From: Paramecium tetraurelia
Lineage: Eukaryota
DNA length: 64,000 nt
Reading direction: 5' to 3'
Assembly (NCBI GenBank): GCA_000165425.1
Contig: CT868072.1
Coordinates: 62,001 to 126,000, forward strand
Shown in pieces: positions 55,198 to 64,000 of this stretch. The position numbers and the translations under genes are program-made. The notes below the pieces were generated by a model that made no database searches, was not told where the DNA came from, and worked only from the letters and a program-made list of their open reading frames with translations. The stretch's first letter is position 1, and each line of letters opens with the position of its first letter.

Positions 55198-58100
55198 TCA
55201 CACTTCAATCATCTCAAAGAAAATATTCGTTGCTGGATTAACAAATATTTTCACTAAAATTGTTTACAAAAGTCCAGTTGCACCTGATAAACTCAATTGC
55301 ACTGCCTTGAAAACAATTAATAATTTAATTGGGTCTGATACACAATGAGTGTTTAGGAATCCCATAATGAAGTTAAGACCCCACATATTTGATCTACTAA
55401 TATCACCACCAGAATCGCTTGCTTCTAAGGCCATGGCTATTAGGATGAAGTAAATTAACAATGTAGTTAAGCCTATGAATATTCCCCATCCTATTTGTCT
55501 AACCACAAACACTTTGTGTGGCATCAAGAACAGTATTACAAACATTTCAAAGTTAGACAATATAGCCGAGAAAATACTGAATATAACTGATTGTAAAGGT
55601 TCCAAGGGCACTTAGAAGAAGATGTTTATGTAGCAAGTGTTAAGTATGGTCATGTATAACACACAGAATCTGATGGGACGAGGCAATCTTCTTTCAAAAA
55701 TTAAAAAGATGCATAACAATTTATGGAATAGAGCCATAAACAATAGTACATTGGCAAGGGTGAACTTAAGTTGACATCCACTTTCTAAGAACTTCTTTCG
55801 TTTGTAATCTCTATGCCATTATTGAACTATTTGTTCTTTGATTTCATAAGTTGGTTCTGGCTCTTCTTAGAGATTTTCCTCTTCATTTGAAACATCTAAA
55901 AGATCTTTATCCTTCTCTTTTTCTTTTTCTTTCGCTTTATCAGTATGTTTACTCTTATTTCTCTTTCTCCTTCTCATTGTTGATTTTTTCTTTTGTTTAG
56001 GTTCAATGATTTCAGATTAACCAGCTTCTTTGACATCCTTTTCAAATGAGTCCTCTTAATTATTTTGAGCAGGTTGATTGACATCAGTGACTTTGATGGC
56101 ACTAAGTGCACATCCATCATCATCTTAAAGTTGAGGTAAATCATTTGATTGTAATTCCTGACAGAAGGGTGGTGTCATATTATCTCTTCTATTGAGGATA
56201 GGTGACTCTTTCAATTCTGGATGAAGTTCATACTATTAGCTATCACCCATATCATATTGAAGTGGTTAATCAGCATAGAGTTATTGCTGTTGTTTTTGTT
56301 CTTATTATTGGAATTGCTTTTCTAATTCTAGATTGAATTATTCTAGATCAGCAATACTCTCTGATTTGAATTATTATTATTATTAATCTTATAAGATTTA
56401 AGATTATTATTGTGACTATGATTTCTATTGCTATGATTATGATTTCTATTGTTATGATTATTATTATTGTTATTATTGATTTGAAACATTCTTAGATTTA
56501 ATGGTTGCAATAGACACAGAAGATTTGGAAAATTCAGGTTCCAATTATTTGAAGTATTTAGCTATTTCAGGTTCCTTTTGCTTTTCTCCTGGTTTCACAT
56601 CCAAAATGTTTTCAGGAACTTCATAGATACTTTCCATGTTGTCACTATTTTCACTATCTTCTTCATCATAGACTACTTAATTAGGTGGTTTATCAGAATC
56701 ATCAGAATCAGATCTATAAGTAGGCTCACTTTAAAGTGGAGGATTGGCATTTTATTCACCTTTGATTTCATCCATCTATCTAATCTTCATCAATTCTTCT
56801 GGTTCGATATCAGGTTGAACCATCTTAATATCCACTGGAGCTTCCTCTTATAATGGGAACTAGACACTGGTGTTGATTTGTCTCTCAGGATTATCTTGTT
56901 ATTCCTCAAGTTGCTTTTATTACTCCTATTCTAATCTTAGTTATTCTTCATATTCTTATTACAGTTTCTACTCTATTTCCTTTTGCTTTTCCATTTTCAA
57001 TTTTTGTTATTCTGATCTCTTGGATTGGTTTTCTTCAGCCTTGATTCTAATATATTCTGATTCAACAAAATGAGGAGCCAATAATTTCTTCTCATAATCT
57101 TCCCTATCCTTTTTGAATCCATATCTGACTGAAAACACTAAAGCAATAGTCATAATGGCTAAAGCATAAACAATGACTGATTTGTAGAAAGGGAAGTTGA
57201 GTAAGGCTAATAAAGCTTCCATGGAGAATGCCTTAGCGAATTTATCAAATGCTAGAGCATCTGCAATAGCATCACCAACTGAAGTAGGAGATAGTTCTTC
57301 GCATTAGCAAGTGACAGTAACAGCTCCAGTTGCATCAACCAGTGTAACAGATTTACAGTTTCCTCCTCCTGCACTCCAACTTCCATCAGCACCTTTTCCA
57401 ATACAAAATATGGCTTAAGATTCTGGTTCTTCATCTAACTCATATAAATCCTAATAATATTGCATGTTTCTTCTGCCATACAGTCTTCTGAGTCTTCTTA
57501 ATCTTGCTGCTTTTTTGGCTGCGGTGACTCCAAAGGACATAGGTATTGGTTATTTGGGAACAATGACTGATCCATTGGCTAATTTTGGTTCAATGTTTTA
57601 GACAGATGCTGGTACAGATCTACTTGGGAAGGAATCGTCAGTTGCATAAGGATTGTTATTGAATTCAGCTTAATTGTAAGTAACAGTTGAGATAGAAGTG
57701 TCATCAGATGCTGAGGATTCATCATCATCGCTGATTTTGATATCCTTCTTTACTTTAGTGGGATCTGCTCCTGCCAAATATTCAGCCATCTTAGAAGGAG
57801 TAGCAATAGATGATTTCATAGAGAATGATCCACCTGAGAATACTTTAGGAGGTGCATTGGGATCAGCAGTCTATGTTAAACCAAATTTAACAGATTCTTG
57901 GACTTTAAACATTTTTGCATTATTCTCCTTCATTTTTTACCAAGCTTCATCAGCATCACTTGTTGAATTACTGTCAGTTGAATTAGTTGAATTGGTTGAT
58001 GCAGTTGTACTGGTTGAATCTATAGAATCCATTTAATTCTATCCAGCTGCCAATAGTCCATTTAATAACCCAGCAGTTCTCATGATGTCATTTTGGAGAT

Positions 58101-61100
58101 TCTCTTTTATTCTAAACGATTTGAAGTCGACATTGCCATTCTCAATATCTCCTTGAAGATCACTGACTCCATTGGTACTGGCTGAAACAATACTATCTGC
58201 TTTATCTAATTCAGCATCCATATTTGCAGAACTCATACTCAATTAGATATCTTCATCATTCATTAGTTCTTCAATGGATTTGGTCAGAGCACTCTTAGTA
58301 GCAACACTGACATCTTGGGATTGCAATTCTTTGAGTGATGCCAAAATATTTTGTTTGAGTGTGACTAATTTAGACTACTCTGCGTTGACAATAGCTGTTT
58401 CATTAGTATCTTGATCAGAAGTTGGGTTATCGATAGTGATATCCTTGACACCAACAGCAAGAAGGTTAAGTAAATTAATTTACTCTGGGATTGTCAAAGT
58501 TGTTCTGTTCTAATAAAGCAAGATAAATCTATCTGTTGCAGCCACAATTTCTGCTAATTATCTTGATCTGAAGAAATAGGGTAATGGGGAGTACTTATCC
58601 TCTTATGATTCTCTCTTTTTCAAAAACTCAGCAACCTAAAGTTTATGTCTAAGATCTGCTTTATTCAATCCGACTACAACTGATGATGTAAGGTTTGTTA
58701 AGGCTCCCAAAGAATCTGATACTGATGCCATCAGAACTATGAATGGTTGAGTTACAGCTGAATCACTCAAAGGATTTGGTAGAATAGTATTCAATTCATC
58801 GTCTATTGAGTAATCAAGTAATAGAATCTGATTTAGTGAAGCAGCCTTCAAAATGTCATTGTCGTATTGAGTGGGAGAGTAGTAGAGTGTAAACTTATAA
58901 GTGAATGGTGAATCGCTATCTTCACAATCAACCACTTTTATAGTGAATTAGGTATCAAAGGAAAGCCCACTAGTAGGAGATACCTTTATTTTACAGTTAC
59001 GAGGTGGCAAATTGATATTAATAAGTAATGTAGTTGTGGAAGGCATGAAGAATTGAGGATTGTAAACAGATGCCCTGAATCCTAATTAAGCAAGATCAGT
59101 TAAATCATAGAAACTATCCCAGAACTTTATAGTTATTGAGGTGAAGTAGAATCTTAATGTTGCCACTACATTGAAATCATATACTATTGCACCACCATAG
59201 TACAGACTATCTGGATTCTTCGTGGGATATAAGAATTTAATGCTGATTTCTTAATTCATGTTAACTCTCTTTGAAGTCAAATATTCAGGTCTCTTGAGTT
59301 CTAAAACTGGGATGTCTAATTCCACAATTACAATAACTGCCTAAGCAACCTCAAACAATTCACCTTTGGTACCATTCAAGTAGAAATTATAGGCATTATA
59401 AGGCACTAATCTTTTTGCTGGAACAAATTGAGAGGTGGTTCTATTAAGTGGAATTTCTTCATCGTACACATCTGAACATGGTAGATTAGTATTTAGATTC
59501 ACACATTTCCATACCAACTCAATTCCTACACTCTAATCTGTTTTAATATTGGGATCCTTTGCCCATCCATTCACTCTCAAAGGTACAGCATATCCATTCA
59601 TTCTATTTCCTCCTTCAATTTCAACTTATAATCCTTAATTCAATAGTGTAATATCAACTGTGTAATTTGCTGAAATTGGTTTGGTTGTTAGAGTAGCTAC
59701 CAAAGTTACTTGATATTAGAAACCACCTTTTCCTGAATAAGGAGGGATGTCTAGTTGAACAAATTGAACATCTGGAGCTTTTACACCTGTAAGAGCAGTG
59801 GTATCCTATAGAAGATATGATTCAACAGTTCCCTTCTTAGCTTTATTTGACATCCACTCATAACTGATTGTTGATGCTATAATTTCTGTAGTTCCAGATA
59901 GACAACTTTAATGAATGATTGTACCCACTAATTTGATTCTTGCATTTGTGTAATACACATGTGGGGCTAGTTCTTCAATTGATACAAATGGTGATTCATA
60001 AGTAGTAGTTGAAACCTAGTAATCTGAACTGAACTCTGTATTCAAGAAATTGGTGAATGTGTATTTAAATACATACTTTGAGTATTCAGATAATAACAAA
60101 GGTGGAATTTCAATTTTACTACTCTTGGCGGCATTTGCAGTGTCAAATAAACCTTAGATTCTTCCTCTGACACTAGAGTTTTCTGGTTCAATTGAGACTA
60201 TTGACCATGATTTCATATTCAACCCTCTACCACCATCATTGAATATTTAACTTGGGAAGAATATGATCTTGCTGCATAAATTGCTATATTATGGGCCTGT
60301 AAATTTAACATAGGCAGCAGCAGGAGCATCTGGACCATTAATTTTGGCTGCCAAGAAGTTTGTGTAAAATATTCCTTAACAATCCTTCCTACCTATTACT
60401 GATTTCAGATTTAATGTGAGTAAGCCACCTATTAAAAATTAAGCATTATTTCCAAAGACTATTAATGCCTACTTCTAATTATTAGGATCCACATTACATA
60501 AAGGTTTTCCACTTCCTAACTTAGCAAAGTCATCATCGTTGAATAATTTCTGACATACATCTCTGCTAGGTATAGTTGGGTCATTGATTCCTTTTATTGA
60601 GATTATTCCACCCAGATTTATTGTCATGGAATCTAAACTATCCTTCATCTTAATATAAGGCACTCCATACTCGCAGGTTCCACATTCAGAGTATCCATGT
60701 TATCTTCTATCAATACCTGTAGTTGGACAATTACAAATCTTTACAATATCTGGGCCTTCTCTATTACCAGCACAGGTTAAACAACCATTTTTATCACAAG
60801 TAACACATTACAGATCACATTTTTAACACTTATCATTGACATCATCATCGAAGTAACCTGAGTCACATGTGCATTGTTCAGTAAGTATCCTATCACCTCT
60901 ACAAGTTAAACAATTGGAACTTGAACTAGTACAGCTTGTGCATTTAAAGTCACATTGAGGACAGTTTGTAGATTTGCCATCCTCAAAAAGTCCATTTGAG
61001 CATAAACATAATTTATAAATTGGATTATCTGGTAATATTGTTGAATATCTATTTCCTTTACAAGTAATGCAGTAATTGGCTTTGACTGCACAAGTTGAGC

Positions 61101-64000
61101 AAGTAGGATCACATATTGAACACATTTCCTTTTGAGCAGATGAGTCTTCGTACTTTCCAGCTGGGCAAACACAACTTTAACCAACTCTGTCTCCTTTGCA
61201 GGTTATACAAACATCACTTTTTCTTTGACAAGTTGCACATTGCCAAGCACATGGTTAACAAACAGCATTCTTATTGTCTTCATCATCAAAGTAACCAGGA
61301 GGACATGAACAAAATGGTGCATCTTGATTCCTATTAGCCGCACATTTCAAACAATTTATGAAAGCTTCTTTGCATGTAGAACATTTATAATAGCATTATT
61401 CGCAATCAGCAGTATGCGAATCTATCAAATATCCATTTGGACAATCACATTATGGTACTGTAAGTCTATTTGATGGGCAGCCTCCAGTACAATTATTACT
61501 TTTTGTTTAACAACTGTTGCATTGAATTGAACATTCTTGGCATATCAATGAATCGGGATCTCCATATTTATGATTTCCACAATCTTAAATACATTTTCCA
61601 TTTAGTAAATATGTCTATATATCAGTATTAGTTTGTTTCTGTGGACATGATAAACAACTAGTCTCTTTATCATCTGTACATGTTAGACATGATGTGTGAC
61701 AATCTTGACATTAGAATGTGGAAGGATTAAGGAATGATCTAACAGGACATTCAATATAACAAGTATTTTTATTTGGATAGAAATAGAGATCAGTAGGACA
61801 AGAAGTACATTGATTTGATTCCTTTCCAGTACAATTAAAGCAGAATTTATCACAATTTGTACAAACATTACCATTTTTAAAGTATTCATCTGGACAACCA
61901 GTTTAACAAGTGTCTTTATATAAATAGTATCCATCCGCACATGCAATACATTAAGTGGATTTAACACCATCACATTTAGAACATCCTTAATAACACTTTT
62001 CACATTTTTGATTGGAATCATTTGAGAAATACCCAGTAGAACACTCCTTAACACATTAACCAGTAGCAGAAAGATAAGTTGTTGAATAGCAACTGCTACA
62101 GTTAGTATCCAAAACTCCAAAGCAAGTCTTACAAGTTGCATTGCAAATCAAACAAATATTACCATTAATGCTATCTGCATATGCGTAAGAACCAGCTTAG
62201 CATGTGATTCTACAAACATCATTTTCCATATATCTAATTTATGTAGCACCTGTTTTTGGATGAGTAACTGTTCCACATTTGGTACAATCCAAACTTGTAG
62301 AATCTAAGCAAGTCTTACAGGTCCAATCGCAATTTGAGCATTAATATGAATCTAAGTTATTATATTTTCCATCGGGACATATCTTGTAACATTGTACATT
62401 TTTCAAGACCTTATTAGTATCATAAGTCTAGTCAATAAAGTAATCAGTATCGCATTTAAGGCATTTTGTAGATCCTAATAATTTTTCATCATACACACAA
62501 TTTTAACAATTAGGTACACATCCAACACAAATAGGTTGAGTAGCATGCTTAATATATTTCTCTGGACATGTACTAACACAATAAGAATCATCAACTCTCA
62601 AAGCAATATCTGAACAGGATGGACAAATTGTTGAATTATCATTACAAGTTTTGCATAATCTATTACAAAGAACACACGAGTTATTTTCTACAAAATATCC
62701 ATCTTAACAATTATTTAAGCATCTTGAATTGGACAAAATTAAATGATTACAAGATCTACAAGCGGTAGGTTAATCATTCAAACAAGTAGAGCAAGAACTA
62801 TCACAAGTATCAAACAAGCAAACAGAACTTTAAATATCAGGTGAATAGAATTCTCCACATTGTTATTCACATGTCCAATCATATACTCCGGTATCTGCAT
62901 TTAATGAAACCTTCAAGAAATAATCAGTTTCACAACTCAAGCATTGATTGTTATCTGGACCAGTGCATGTAATACATGAAGAATTACAGCTTTAACAATT
63001 TTTCTGAGTTGAATCAAAGTAATATCCAGAGGCACAATAATTATAGCAATTGTCTTCGAACAAGAAGAATTTAGAAGTATCACAAGCATTGCAAGTTGTA
63101 CCATCAATACATGTCAAACAATTTTCCATACACTTATCACAAGAGTGTGTAGTTTCATTCTAGAAGTACCCTTCAATACAAGAGATCAAACATTAAGAGT
63201 TAAATAGGAAAAGCTTATCGCTGCAACTTAAACATTAATTTGTGGAAGGACCACTGCATGTATTGCATGACAAATTACATTGGTTACATTGATCAACATT
63301 TAAATAATAACCATCTATACAGGTATCACTGCATATTCCCCCCATAAACATTAAAGTTCCACTGCATGTCAAACAATCATTCTCTTCAGGGCCTTAACAA
63401 GTTAAACATGTAGTATGACAAAGCTTGCATTTGTTGTCCACAGTGTCAGGATAGTAAGATGTATTACAATTTTGTAAGCATTTACCACTTGAATCACTCT
63501 CCTAAAGTTTTTGAAGATATAGTTCAAGGGAACAAGAAGTACATTCTTAAATATCATTTCCAATGCATTATACACAAGTGTAATGGCAAGAAACGCAAAC
63601 TTAATCAACGACCACATAACCGTCATTACAACTATCTAAACATTCCCTGTCTTATTTAACCAAAGGAGCTGAACACTCAGTACAATCTGTTGCATTTGGT
63701 CCATCACATTCTTTACATCTTGAATTACATTTGATACAAGATGAGGTGACAGAATATAAATAGGTACCTGAAGGACATCCAGATGAGCAAGTTCCTTCAA
63801 AGAGATAAAACCCTGTAAAGCAGGCTAAACATTAATTGCTTAAGTTTCCTTCACAACTTCTGCATGATACATGGCATTTATCACAAACCATAATTGAATT
63901 ATTTCTGTAAGTTAACGGTGGACATTTAGACACACAATTATAAGAAAGTAGATCTGATACAATATCACCATATAATTGTTAATCTGTTGAAGTTCCATCT
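55198..64000 (-). CDS. Giant membrane protein with furin-like Cys-rich repeats, REJ-like region, GPS motif and multiple TMs (5' end outside the window)
   Basis: All checked segments from 63999 to the TGA at 55198 share one frame. Tandem CxxxCxxC..CxxC repeats span about 60660-64000. There is a REJ-like INLPPRNCKIKVSPTSGLSFDTQFTI..DSDSPFTYKF, a GPS-like motif near 57280-57405, a TM near 57140-57200, a Q/E-rich loop and C-terminal TMs. Confidence 0.88.

Noticed and set aside
60660..64000. Periodic repeats suggestive of a CRISPR-like array or satellite
   Set aside because: The periodicity comes from Cys codons of furin-like protein repeats; there are no identical DNA direct repeats with spacers.

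Overview
This is AT-rich, gene-dense eukaryotic DNA from a ciliate macronuclear genome, most likely Paramecium. Genes read through only if TAA/TAG encode Gln and TGA is the sole stop, and they are split by tiny (about 21-30 nt) GT..AG introns. The supplied standard-code ORF track is therefore fragmentary and often antisense. Re-reading by eye gives about 35 protein genes. Recognisable ones are an ion-channel/adenylyl cyclase fusion, RPS25, RidA, a Cache-domain membrane protein, a spartin-like protein, YKT6, thioredoxin, a CBS protein, SMU1, CDKL and ERK7/8-type kinases, a large USP deubiquitinase, RPN9, a SYP7-like SNARE, a Skp1-like protein, two RING proteins and a giant furin-repeat/REJ/GPS membrane protein. 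There is also a U5 snRNA gene with its upstream element and a histidine-phosphatase pseudogene. The most striking feature is five highly diverged paralogous CDPK-like proteins within about 37 kb. All start MG-x-C, keep EF-hands and share an intron position, and all have lost the Gly-loop, the beta3 Lys, the HRD Asp and DFG, so they form a candidate family of membrane-anchored Ca2+-sensing pseudokinases. Other notable items are a VHS-like/alpha-adaptin-ear protein, a GATase-like fold with Ser at the nucleophile position, an ATGA stop/start overlap, an unexplained in-frame TGA and 28-48 bp head-to-head spacers. All coordinates and exon models are manual and no database search was run.
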